From an uncultured delta proteobacterium (GTDB lineage Bacteria; Desulfobacterota; Binatia; Binatales; Binataceae): DNA of 64,000 nt. Below the pieces are notes generated by a model. That model was not told the origin of the DNA. It searched no databases and worked only from the letters and a program-made list of their open reading frames with translations. Every line of letters starts with the position of its first letter. The stretch's first letter is position 1. The stretch is from assembly GCA_963842085.1 (NCBI GenBank), contig CAWJET010000001.1:160001-224000 (forward strand), read 5' to 3'. Of the stretch, positions 33,682 through 43,106 are shown in pieces. Position numbers and translations under genes: made by a program.

Positions 33682-34575
33682 CTACATTCGCGGCTGGTTC
33701 AGATCCACCAGCAGCGTGCTCTTGAGCCGCTCGAACAGTTCGTCGATGTTCCACGGGCCGTTGTTGTACAGAATCCTGTCGGCCCTGATGTGCCGATAGC
33801 GCATGATGCGGTAGCCCGACGCGCCGAAGCATTGCCCGGTGACGTTCGCGGCGTCGTCGCTGGCGAGGAACACGACGATCGGCGCGACGTTGGCCGGATC
33901 GCGCGGGGTGCCCTCGACTTTGTCCGACTGCGGGATTCCGCTTGCGCCGGGCATCCTGCCCGCGGGAATCGTGTCGGTCATGCGCGTCGACGCGCCCGGC
34001 ATGATCGCATTAACCGTGATCCCGTACTTCTGCAGCGAGTTCGCGCTCGAGTACGTCAGGCCCAGGATTCCCGCCTTGGCCGCTGCGTAGTTCGGCTGGC
34101 CGGGACTGCCGAGCGCCGAGTTTGACGAGAAGTTGATGATCCTGCCGTACTTGCGCTCGCGCATGTGCGCCGACGCCGGACGAATCGTGCAGTAGTGCCC
34201 CTTCAGGTGCACGCGGATCACGTCGTCCCATTCCTGCTCGGACATGTTGAAGATCATGCGGTCGCGCAGGATGCCGGCGACGTTAACCAGGATGTCGAGC
34301 TTGCCGAATTCCTTGATCGCCTGGTTGACCAGGCCTTCGCCGCCTGCGACGGTGGCGATATCCATGTGATTGGATACGGCGTTGCCGCCCGCGCCTTTGA
34401 TTTCTTTGACTACGTCGTCGGCGGGCGATTGAGTTTCCTTCTGGCCCGCGACCGTGACGCCAAGATCGTTGACTACTACTGCGCATCCCTGCGCGGCGAA
34501 TGCCCTCGCGATGCCGCGGCCGATGCCGCGACCGCCGCCGGTGATGGCGGCTACTTTTCCGTCGAGCTTGCCCAT
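33682..34575 (-). CDS. SDR family oxidoreductase
   Basis: TGGGRGIG, VAGILRD and YAAAK. Confidence 0.9.
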   Translation of the reverse strand: MGKLDGKVAAITGGGRGIGRGIARAFAAQGCAVVVNDLGVTVAGQKETQSPADDVVKEIKGAGGNAVSNHMDIATVAGGEGLVNQAIKEFGKLDILVNVAGILRDRMIFNMSEQEWDDVIRVHLKGHYCTIRPASAHMRERKYGRIINFSSNSALGSPGQPNYAAAKAGILGLTYSSANSLQKYGITVNAIMPGASTRMTDTIPAGRMPGASGIPQSDKVEGTPRDPANVAPIVVFLASDDAANVTGQCFGASGYRIMRYRHIRADRILYNNGPWNIDELFERLKSTLLVDLNQPRM

Positions 34576-34716
34576 CGCTCAATTCTCCCTTGCGGCATAA
34601 TGCCGGAATCCAAACGCGGCCAGCGTTTTGGTTCGTGTAATAGTGCGCTTATACCGCAAAACCCGGCGAACGGAACAGACGCGCCAACACCGGCGTCACG
34701 AGCATCGCCGGCGCGC

Positions 34717-35787
34717 TCACTTGTGCTCGTTGTGCTCGCTGTAGGGATTGGAGAAGACGAATTCCCTGGCCTCGCCCGAGGTCCTGAGACGGCCAACCTT
34801 GCCGTTGGGCTCGGTGAACCAAAGGCTGCCGTCGGGACCGGCCGTGATGAAAGTCGCCATCGAATTTTGAGGCATCGGGAAGGCCGTGAACTCTCCCTTC
34901 GGAGTCACGCGATAGATCAGGTGCGCGCGAATCACCGTGACCCAGAGATTTTTGTCGCCACCCGCCGCAATTCCGAGCGGCACCCCGTCCGTGGGCAACG
35001 CGTACTCCGTGATGTAGCCTCCGGGCGTGATGCTGGCAATCTTGTTGGCCTGCGGCTGGGTGAACCAGACGTTGCCGTCGGGTCCGAGCGCCATCATCGC
35101 GGGGCGGCTGTCTGGCGCCAGGATTGCGAATTCCTTGACGTTGCCGGAGAGCGTGACGCGCGCGATGCGGTTCGCCTTGTCCTCGGCGAACCACAGGTTG
35201 CCGTCGCTGCCGCCGACTATTTCGGCGGGACCTGCGCCGTTGGGCAGCTCGATCTCGGTCAGCGTGCCCGTTGTGCTGAGCCGCCCGATGCGATTGCCCG
35301 AATGCTCCGTGAACCAGATATTACCGTCGGGGCCCGAAGTGATTCCCGCCGGTCCGCTGTCCGAGTGAGGCAGTTTGACGTACGCGATTTTGCCGTCGGG
35401 TGCGACCCGGCCGATCCGGTTGCCGGGCGGATCGGTGAACCATACTGCGCCGTCGGGACCGGCGGTTATTCGTTCGGCGAATCCGTCGGGATCGATCTGA
35501 AAGCGCTTGGTGGCGCCGTACGGGGTCATCCTGCCGATGCCGTCGCCCTGGTACTCGGTAAACCACAGGTTGCCGTCGAGACCCGCCGTGATTGCGTACG
35601 GCGCATGCGTGCCGATCGGAGCGCCGGTGGGGGTTGGCTTCGCGCTCGGAACGGCAGCGGCTTCGCGCCCGGGCTGCGCAGGCGCGGGCTGCTGCGTCGA
35701 GCATCCCTGCACGGTCGCGAGCGCGGCGACGAAAATTGCGCCAACAGTTGCGCAGGCCAGCGCGCGGCTGAGCGAGCGATGGCTCAA
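34717..35787 (-). CDS. Vgb (virginiamycin B lyase)-like beta-propeller, probable lipoprotein
   Basis: Seven GPDG-N-(L/I/V)WFT-type repeats. Signal peptide ending VQGC and a Pro/Ala linker. Confidence 0.8.
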   Translation of the reverse strand: MSHRSLSRALACATVGAIFVAALATVQGCSTQQPAPAQPGREAAAVPSAKPTPTGAPIGTHAPYAITAGLDGNLWFTEYQGDGIGRMTPYGATKRFQIDPDGFAERITAGPDGAVWFTDPPGNRIGRVAPDGKIAYVKLPHSDSGPAGITSGPDGNIWFTEHSGNRIGRLSTTGTLTEIELPNGAGPAEIVGGSDGNLWFAEDKANRIARVTLSGNVKEFAILAPDSRPAMMALGPDGNVWFTQPQANKIASITPGGYITEYALPTDGVPLGIAAGGDKNLWVTVIRAHLIYRVTPKGEFTAFPMPQNSMATFITAGPDGSLWFTEPNGKVGRLRTSGEAREFVFSNPYSEHNEHK

Positions 35788-36941
35788 TTGACGATCCGAT
35801 TGGCTCTCAGCTCGGAAATCTCGCCGGCGCCGAATCCAAACTCGCCGAGAATTTCGTCGGTGTGTTGCCCCAGGTCGGGCGCGTGACGCCACAACTCGGG
35901 CTCGGTGCGCGAGAATCGCGCGGGCGACCGTACGGCGCGCACGCGCCCGGCCCGCGGATGCTCGTATTCGAAGAACGTCTCATTCGCGACGAACTGCGGA
36001 TCGTTCCAGATCGAGTCGTAGTCGTTGACCGGTCCGCATGGCACGTCGGCGGCTTCGATCCGCTCGAGCCAGTAAGCCGAAGGTTGCGTCGGGAACAGGG
36101 TGATCAGGCTCTTGATCGAACGCTTCACTCGGTCCGGCCGCGGCTCGTCGCCCTCGAACCATTCCGGATGCCCGACCGCCTCGAGAATCGCCGTCCAATG
36201 CTTGTCGGTAAGCGGCGCAATCGTGATGAAGCCGTCGGCCGTCTGAAACGGCTCGAGCGTGTTCATCGACGGCGCGACTCCGGCGTCGTGCGGAAGATAC
36301 GTGTGCCGCGATGCGGTGTCAGGCATCAGGTAGTAGGCGACGGCGTCGATCATCGCGATCTTGAGATGCTGTCCTTTGCCGCTGCGCTGCGCCTCGGTCA
36401 GCGCCGCGAGGATCGAGATCGCCGCCGTCATCGCCGTGACCTTGTCGCCGAGAATATTCTTGACCGCGCGTGGCCGCCCCTGTGTGCGCTGCGAGGTCAT
36501 CACGCCCGCCATCCCCTGGATAATCGGATCGTACGCGGGCTTGTTGACCGACGGCCCCGAAAAACCGTAGCCGGCGATCGAGCAGTAAACGATCTTCGGA
36601 TTGCGCGCCGCGACCGCGTCGTAGCCGACGCCCAGCCGATCGACCACGCCGGGACGCACGTTTTGCACCACGACGTCCGCGCGCTCGGCCATCTTGAGAA
36701 ACACCTCCGCGGCGCCGGACTGCTTGAGATCAAGCATCATCGCGCGCTTGTTGCGATTCCAGTTGAGGATGCCTACCGGCACGCCGCCGCGCACCTGGCC
36801 GGTGACGTTGCGCGACACGTCGCCTTCAGGCGGCTCGATTTTTATTACGTCGGCGCCGAGGTCACCGAGCATCATGGTGCAGAACGGACCCGACACCACC
36901 ATGCTCAAATCGAGTACGCGGATTCCTTCCAGTGGTCCCAT
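35784..36941 (-). CDS. CaiB/BaiF family III CoA transferase
   Basis: PLEGIRVLDL, LGADVIKIEPP, NRNKR and PAYDPIIQ. GGAGG RBS. Confidence 0.9.
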   Translation of the reverse strand: MGPLEGIRVLDLSMVVSGPFCTMMLGDLGADVIKIEPPEGDVSRNVTGQVRGGVPVGILNWNRNKRAMMLDLKQSGAAEVFLKMAERADVVVQNVRPGVVDRLGVGYDAVAARNPKIVYCSIAGYGFSGPSVNKPAYDPIIQGMAGVMTSQRTQGRPRAVKNILGDKVTAMTAAISILAALTEAQRSGKGQHLKIAMIDAVAYYLMPDTASRHTYLPHDAGVAPSMNTLEPFQTADGFITIAPLTDKHWTAILEAVGHPEWFEGDEPRPDRVKRSIKSLITLFPTQPSAYWLERIEAADVPCGPVNDYDSIWNDPQFVANETFFEYEHPRAGRVRAVRSPARFSRTEPELWRHAPDLGQHTDEILGEFGFGAGEISELRANRIVN

Positions 36942-37105
36942 CGCTGCCTCCGGGAAACATGCTCCCTGAGTACTGCCGATCAGAAGTAGCAGCCAGTGAT
37001 GCTTATAGTTCAACCCCCATCCACCCCACAACTTGAGAGTCTGATCCCTCGCCCGTTATTTTCACGGGATGGTAAGATTCGCTACGCTCAGTAAGACACG
37101 CAAAG

Positions 37106-37214
37106 AAGTTCTAACCGGGACGAAGTCTCGCATCTTTATCTCACCGGGTGCAGGGGTCACCCCTGCCGAAGGAAACGTGAAACCCACCGCGGGTTTCACA
37201 TGCGATAAAGTTCT
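37106..37214. repeat. Repeat family B copy 1 (three-hairpin element, about 110 nt)
   Basis: Near-identical to 48733-48845, including a 34-nt exact core at 37141-37174. Confidence 0.85.
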
Positions 37215-37226
37215 CCGCGCTAAAAT

Positions 37227-38792
37227 TCACGTGAACCGTCCGCTGCGTATCGCGATTTCGCGCAGCTTGGCGACGCGCGACTGTATCGCGCGGCTGCGGC
37301 GCATCCGTTCCAGCGTCAGCGGGAGCCGATAGGTCCAGTTCGAGTCGTTGGTCGTTCCGGGCCGATTTATCCGCGCACTCCATCCAAACAAATCCTGGAT
37401 CGGAATTATCACCAGCTGCGACGGCGCCGCGTACAGCACAGCCAGGATCGCGTCGCGGGCCGCCTCCTCGAGCATGCGGCGCGGATTCACCTTGCCTTCG
37501 AGACCGAGTTCGCGCACGAATTTCTCGCGCTCCGCAATCGGCTGCTCGCGCCACCACACGGCCAGAGGTTCGGTGTCATGCGTCCCCGTGGTCGCGAGCG
37601 AAAGCTCGGGATAGGTCGCCGGACTGAGAAATGGCTCGTCGGCGCGTCCCCAGTCGCGCTCCCATTGCATTACCTTGTATCCCGGCACGCCCAGCCGCGT
37701 GAGAGACGCACGCACCCACGGCGGCACGGTGCCCAGGTCTTCGGCGATCAGTTCCGTAGCGCCCGCCTCCTGCTTGATCGTGCGGATCGCTTCTTCACCC
37801 TGCAGCCGCTGATCGTTTTCGTCCAGCGGCGTGAAAGTTCCGGGTGCGTCCGGGTCGGAACCGAAATTGAAAGTTCGATACAACCCAACCACGTGATCGA
37901 TTCGAAGCAAGTCATAGAGCGAACTGGCGTGACGCGCACGCGCTCGCAGCAGCTTGAATCCAGCCGCGCGCATCTGGTTCCAGTTCGGCAGCGGCAGGCC
38001 CCATCGCTGTCCCTTGGGATTGAAACCGTCGGGCGGCGCGCCCACCGTGCGCGTCAGATCGAACTCGTCCTGGTTGGCCCACACCTCGGCGCTGTCCCGG
38101 CACGGCGAGAACGCGAGGTCTCCGCCGATGAATGCGCCGTGCGACGCCGCATGCGCGCGCATCTCTGACCACTGCCGATGCGCGACGAACTGCCAATAGC
38201 CGTACATCTCGATCGGGTCGGCCAGCTCGCGGCGCGCGAGCATCAGCGCTGCGGGATCGCGATGCACAATTTCCGCCGGCCACGTCTCCCAGCTCGTCCG
38301 GTTTAAGCGCTCCTTCAGCGCGCGGAACAAAGTGTAGTCGTGGATCCAGTACGAGTTGGCCTCGATGAACGCGTCGAGTTGCGCGCCTTCATCGCGTCCG
38401 CCGCGCGCTCGTGCCGCCCGGTACGCGCGCTCGAGCAATGCGAATTTTTCTCTCCGTATAATCGCACGCGGAACAACGCGCGCTCTCCCGACCGCCGCGC
38501 GCGCACGCGCCTGCAGAACCCGCCCGACTCCCGGCAACCCGCCGATCGAGATGTACATCGGATCGATCGCCATCACGCTCATCGCGCTGTACGGGCTGAG
38601 ACCGTCGGGCCCGGTCTCGTCCAACGGCAGCAACTGGATCGCGCGATGACCCATCGACAGCGCGAAATCGATCATCGGCGCGAGGTCCAGTATCTCCCCG
38701 CGTCCGAGACTGTAGCGCGTGCGGATCGAGAACAGCGGAATCAGGATTCCCGCGGACCGCGTCAGCATCGGGGCACTATCAGCGGTCCGCAC
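37227..38792 (-). CDS. malQ: 4-alpha-glucanotransferase (GH77)
   Basis: QLLPL, SPYS, GAPPD, GQRWGLP, LRIDHVVG, AEDLG and GTHDT. Confidence 0.92.
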   Translation of the reverse strand: MRTADSAPMLTRSAGILIPLFSIRTRYSLGRGEILDLAPMIDFALSMGHRAIQLLPLDETGPDGLSPYSAMSVMAIDPMYISIGGLPGVGRVLQARARAAVGRARVVPRAIIRREKFALLERAYRAARARGGRDEGAQLDAFIEANSYWIHDYTLFRALKERLNRTSWETWPAEIVHRDPAALMLARRELADPIEMYGYWQFVAHRQWSEMRAHAASHGAFIGGDLAFSPCRDSAEVWANQDEFDLTRTVGAPPDGFNPKGQRWGLPLPNWNQMRAAGFKLLRARARHASSLYDLLRIDHVVGLYRTFNFGSDPDAPGTFTPLDENDQRLQGEEAIRTIKQEAGATELIAEDLGTVPPWVRASLTRLGVPGYKVMQWERDWGRADEPFLSPATYPELSLATTGTHDTEPLAVWWREQPIAEREKFVRELGLEGKVNPRRMLEEAARDAILAVLYAAPSQLVIIPIQDLFGWSARINRPGTTNDSNWTYRLPLTLERMRRSRAIQSRVAKLREIAIRSGRFT

Positions 38793-38802
38793 TCGACGGA
38801 GT

Positions 38803-39561
38803 TCAAATCACATAGCCGCCGTTGGGGCTGAGCACCTGGCCGACCATGAATTTCGAATCATCGCAGGCCAGGAATAGCGCCGCCGCCGCGATATCGCTCG
38901 GCTGACCGAACCGCCCCATCGGCGTGATCGCTTCGATCTGCTTCCGCATCTCGCCCTCGATGATCGAGGTCATCGGCGTTTCGATAAATCCCGGCGCGAT
39001 GCAGTTGACCAGAATCCCCATCGTCACCACTTCGCGCGCAACCGATTTGGTGAACGAGATTATCCCGCCCTTCGCCGCGCAGTAGTCCGAGGCAAATGCC
39101 AGCCCCGTGGTGCCCGCGATCGAGCCCATATTGATGATGCGTCCCGACTGCTTGGGGATCATCACCTTGAGCGCCTCGCGCGTGCAGTAAAACGTCGCGT
39201 CGAGATGCGTCGCCAGCATCTTGTGCCAGTCCTCGTCGGTCTTCTGATGAGTCGGGACCACCTCGCTCGCGTCGCGAGTCCGTCCTATCCCCGCGTTATT
39301 GATCATGATGTCGATAGTCCCGAATGCGGCGATGAAGTCCGCGAACATCCTGGCCACGGCCGCGCTGCTCGACACGTCCGCGACCAACGGCCGCGCCATC
39401 CCGCCCGCCCGCTCGATTTCTGTCACGACGTTCTGCGCCGACTCGGGCCTGATGTCGTTGACGCCGATCTTCGCGCCCTCGCGCGCGAACGTCAGTCCCA
39501 TCTCGCGCCCGAGCCCCGAGCCGCCGCCGGTGATCAGTACAACTTTGTCCTTGAGTTTCAT
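38803..39561 (-). CDS. SDR family oxidoreductase (FabG-like)
   Basis: TGGGSGLG, NNAG, YCAAK and PGFIET. Confidence 0.9.
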   Translation of the reverse strand: MKLKDKVVLITGGGSGLGREMGLTFAREGAKIGVNDIRPESAQNVVTEIERAGGMARPLVADVSSSAAVARMFADFIAAFGTIDIMINNAGIGRTRDASEVVPTHQKTDEDWHKMLATHLDATFYCTREALKVMIPKQSGRIINMGSIAGTTGLAFASDYCAAKGGIISFTKSVAREVVTMGILVNCIAPGFIETPMTSIIEGEMRKQIEAITPMGRFGQPSDIAAAALFLACDDSKFMVGQVLSPNGGYVI

Positions 39562-39568
39562 CGACGCC

Positions 39569-39907
39569 CTACTTCTTGCCTTCCTTGAGTTGCCGCTTCC
39601 AGTCCAGTCGCCGCGCCTCGGCGCCGGCCGCCTCCGCTTCCGGCACCATGCCCTTCTTCTGGTAAAACATGCTGAGGTTGGTGTGCGCCAGGATGTCCTC
39701 CGGCTCCTGCGCGATATATTTTTTCGTCAGCTCGATCGCCGCGTCGAGATCCCCCTTCGCCTGGTAGCACATCGTCATCCCGTGGATCGCATCGACGTAC
39801 TTCGGATCGATCTCGAGCGCCCGTTTGTACAACTCGATCGCTTCGTCGAACTTGTCGTCGGCGTATGCGTCGATCGCCTCGTCGTACAGCTCTTCCTTAT
39901 CCGGCAT
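39569..39907 (-). CDS. TPR-repeat protein
   Basis: AIELYKRALEIDPKY and AHTNLSMFY. Confidence 0.8.
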   Translation of the reverse strand: MPDKEELYDEAIDAYADDKFDEAIELYKRALEIDPKYVDAIHGMTMCYQAKGDLDAAIELTKKYIAQEPEDILAHTNLSMFYQKKGMVPEAEAAGAEARRLDWKRQLKEGKK

Positions 39908-39985
39908 ATCGGACCTCCGGTGAATGCGCGCCGCGGGATCGCGATTTCGCGCACACCCATCCTCTTATATACTAGACTCTGCGCT

Positions 39986-40303
39986 ATGGAGAATTCGCCC
40001 GCACCGACCGAGGCCGACGTTTACGAAGTGCTGCGCGAGTGCTACGACCCCGAGATTCCCGTCAATCTCGTCGACCTCGGACTAATCTACGGCGTGCAGA
40101 TCGACAACCGCGTCGTCAACGTCACGATGACGCTGACCGCGCCCGGCTGCCAGATGGGCATGATGATCACGCAGGAAATCCAGGACAAGCTGCTCGGCAT
40201 CCCAGGATGCGCCGACGCGTGCGTCGAGATCGTGTGGGACCCGCCATGGACGCCGCACATGATGACCGACGCAGCAAAAAAGCAACTCAACATCGACGAC
40301 TAG
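39986..40303 (+). CDS. DUF59 / SufT-like Fe-S cluster assembly protein
   Basis: DPEIPVNLVDLGLIY, MTLTAPGC and WDPPWTP. Confidence 0.88.
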   Translation: MENSPAPTEADVYEVLRECYDPEIPVNLVDLGLIYGVQIDNRVVNVTMTLTAPGCQMGMMITQEIQDKLLGIPGCADACVEIVWDPPWTPHMMTDAAKKQLNIDD

Positions 40304-40320
40304 CGCCGCACGTTCCGTCC

Positions 40321-40399
40321 CCTCTCCCTGCAAGGGAGAGGATCGAAGGTGAGGGTCATTATTCAGCGCGCGATTTTTTTCGCGCGCGATTCAAGATTC
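40321..40399. repeat. Repeat family C copy 1 (CCTCTCCC-TGCAA-GGGAGAGG...GGTGAGGG)
   Basis: Aligns over about 78 nt with 47555-47631. Confidence 0.8.
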
Positions 40400-40423
40400 T
40401 GCCTCTCCCTTTCCGGCGCCCAA

Positions 40424-42037
40424 TCAATCCGGATCGATCAACACGCCCGGATTGAGAATCGCGCGCGGATCGAGCGCCCGCTTCGCCGCTTTCAGCGCCA
40501 GCGCGAATCCGTCGGGACGCTGGCGGTCGTACCACGGCCGATGGTAGCGGCCGACCGCGTGGTGATGCGTGATCGTGCCGCCGAGCGCGATCAGCCGGTC
40601 TGACACCGCCGCCTTTATCTCGTCCCATTGCTCGATCTCGGTGCCGCGTTTGCCCGGCGCCAGCACTGTGTAGTACGGCGCGGGCCCGTCTGGATAAACG
40701 TGCGTGAATCGGCACGTGACCGTGCCCTTGCCGCACACCCGCGCGATCGCGTCGCGCGCACACTCCATCATATTGCGATGAAAGTCCGGAAAGCGCTCCC
40801 ACGTGATCGACGTCTCGAACGTGTCGCTCACCATCCCCATCGCGGCCACCGTGTCCATCAGGTACGGCGCGTTCAGAAACGCGTTGCGCCACGCGCCCGC
40901 CGATCCTTCGTGCGTTGCCTCGGCGTCGGTGCGAGTCTTCGCCGCGTCCGCCGGAATTTTCCCGCCGTGATCGGCGCAGCATTCAAGCGCGCGTTTCATC
41001 CACGGTTCCAGCGGATGGTCCGCGGACTCGAACGCCAGCACCAGCACCGCCTCCTCGCCGTTGCCGGCGCCGGAATTGAACGCCTCGCCTTCGTCGAGCA
41101 CGCGGCAGTTCGCGGGATAGAGCCCCGCCTGCGAAATCCGGCGCACCGCCTCCGCCGCTTTGATCATGCTCGGAAACGGCACTGATGCGCCCGCGCGAAA
41201 CGTCGGCCGATCCTGCAGCCGCATCCACGCCTCGGTGATGATGCCGAGAATCCCCTCCGAGCCGATGAACATCCGGTCCGGGCTTGGACCCGCGCCCGAG
41301 CCGGGCAGGCGCCGCGACTCGACGATTCCGGCCGGCGTCACTACGCGCAGCGATTCGACGAAGTCGTCGATATGCGTGTACAGCGTCGCGAAATGCCCGC
41401 CCGACCGCGTCGCGATCCATCCGCCGAGGGTAGAGAATTCGAACGATTGGGGAAAATGCCGAATGGTCAAGCCATGCGGCTTCAACTGCGCATCGAGCGC
41501 GGGACCATACACCCCGGCCTGGATCCGCGCCGCGCGCGAGACCTTGTCGACCTCGACCACTTTGTCCAGATGCATCAGATCGATCGACACCGCGCCGCGA
41601 TAGCGGTCGCCTTCCGGCGGCTCGACGCCGCCGACCACGCTCGAGCCGCCGCCGTATGGCACCGCCGCAATCTGCGCGCCGTCGCACCATTCGAGGACGC
41701 GAACCAGTTCTTTCTCATCGCGCGGAAACGCGACGACGTCGATCGGATTCGGATAGTAGCGCCGGAACGCCCGCCTGATATCGCGCGATCCCTTGCCGTA
41801 GGTATGCCCCGCGCGCTCGTGCGCGCTGGTCGAGCAAACCGCTTCGAGCGCCGACGGCGGCTTCACCCGCGGCGCGCGCAGATTCAGCTCGCTTTCCTTT
41901 GGCGCCGGCATGAGCTCGAGCGGCCCGAGTCCGAATCGCTTGGCCATTCGCTCAGCCATGTGCTTTTGCTGTTCCGGCGTCGGCCCCTGGTCCTCGTAGC
42001 CCCATCCCCAGAACTTTCGCTTGCGATTCTCGGCCAT
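40424..42037 (-). CDS. FAD-binding oxidoreductase (alkyl-DHAP synthase-like, VAO/PCMH family)
   Basis: FWGWG, PYGGGSSVVGG, HFPQSFEFSTLGGW, GSEG, THHHAVG and LNPG. Confidence 0.85.
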   Translation of the reverse strand: MAENRKRKFWGWGYEDQGPTPEQQKHMAERMAKRFGLGPLELMPAPKESELNLRAPRVKPPSALEAVCSTSAHERAGHTYGKGSRDIRRAFRRYYPNPIDVVAFPRDEKELVRVLEWCDGAQIAAVPYGGGSSVVGGVEPPEGDRYRGAVSIDLMHLDKVVEVDKVSRAARIQAGVYGPALDAQLKPHGLTIRHFPQSFEFSTLGGWIATRSGGHFATLYTHIDDFVESLRVVTPAGIVESRRLPGSGAGPSPDRMFIGSEGILGIITEAWMRLQDRPTFRAGASVPFPSMIKAAEAVRRISQAGLYPANCRVLDEGEAFNSGAGNGEEAVLVLAFESADHPLEPWMKRALECCADHGGKIPADAAKTRTDAEATHEGSAGAWRNAFLNAPYLMDTVAAMGMVSDTFETSITWERFPDFHRNMMECARDAIARVCGKGTVTCRFTHVYPDGPAPYYTVLAPGKRGTEIEQWDEIKAAVSDRLIALGGTITHHHAVGRYHRPWYDRQRPDGFALALKAAKRALDPRAILNPGVLIDPD

Positions 42038-42191
42038 CGGATTCGTCCTCGCGCTACTCGACGTTTTGCCTGACTGCGGCGATTTTGCGCCCGCCGCGCC
42101 CGCCAGGGCAAACAGTGAAACACCGATCATCGCTTGCGCGTAAACTGGCGGCGTCGTATCAGTCGAATTGTTCGTCGAGAGGAGATGCATC

Positions 42192-43079
42192 ATGGCCGGC
42201 AACGACATGAAAATTTCCGCCGCGGATCCGCATCCGCGCAAAAAACTCGAGCTCATCAACACCTGGATTTCCTACGCCGACACCGGCGCCGGCGATCCGA
42301 TCGTTTTTCTCCACGGCAATCCGACCTCGTCGTACCTGTGGCGCAACATCATTCCGCACCTCGCCCCGCGCGCGCGATGCGTCGCGCCTGACCTCATCGG
42401 GATGGGCGCATCGGGCCCGTCCGCCACCGGCGCCTATCGCTTCGCCGACCATTCAATGCACCTCGACGCGTTCTTCGAGGGCCTCAATCTCAAGCACAAC
42501 GTCACGCTGGTCGTGCACGACTGGGGCTCCGCGCTCGGCTTTCACTGGGCCGCGCGGCATCCCGAGGCCGTCAAGGGCATCGCCTACATGGAAGCGATCG
42601 TCAGGCCGCTGCAATGGTCGGAATGGTCGAAGCCGGCCGTCGAAATCTTCAAGGCGCTTCGCAGTCCGGCCGGCGACGACATGATTCTGAACAAAAATAT
42701 TTTCGTCGAGCGCATCCTGCCCGGCAGCATCATTCGCAAGCTTGGCGACGACGAAATGAACGTGTATCGAAAGCCTTACTTGCAGCCCGGCGAGTCGCGC
42801 CGACCGACGCTCACCTGGCCGCGCGAAATTCCTCTGGACGGCGAGCCCGCGGATGTCGTCGCAATCGTCAGCAGCTATTCGAAGTGGCTTGAAAAGAGCG
42901 CGACGCCGAAGTTGTTCGTCAACGCCGACCCCGGCGCCATTCTGACCGGCGCGCAGCGCGAGTACTGCCGGACTTGGCCCAATCAGCGCGAGGTGACGGT
43001 CAACGGCGTCCATTTCATCCAGGAAGACTCGCCGCACGAGAGCGGCCGCGCGCTCGCCGACTGGTACAAATCGCTCTGA
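42192..43079 (+). CDS. Haloalkane dehalogenase
   Basis: FLHGNPTSSYLWRN, HDWG, WPREIP and HFIQEDSP. Confidence 0.9.
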   Translation: MAGNDMKISAADPHPRKKLELINTWISYADTGAGDPIVFLHGNPTSSYLWRNIIPHLAPRARCVAPDLIGMGASGPSATGAYRFADHSMHLDAFFEGLNLKHNVTLVVHDWGSALGFHWAARHPEAVKGIAYMEAIVRPLQWSEWSKPAVEIFKALRSPAGDDMILNKNIFVERILPGSIIRKLGDDEMNVYRKPYLQPGESRRPTLTWPREIPLDGEPADVVAIVSSYSKWLEKSATPKLFVNADPGAILTGAQREYCRTWPNQREVTVNGVHFIQEDSPHESGRALADWYKSL

Positions 43080-43106
43080 AAAACAGCCGGAGTCGGCACT
43101 GGCCAT

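Noticed and set aside
37106-37214. Hammerhead ribozyme in repeat B (GGACGAAA-like segment)
   Set aside because: No CTGA-N-GA core is present in either copy on either strand.
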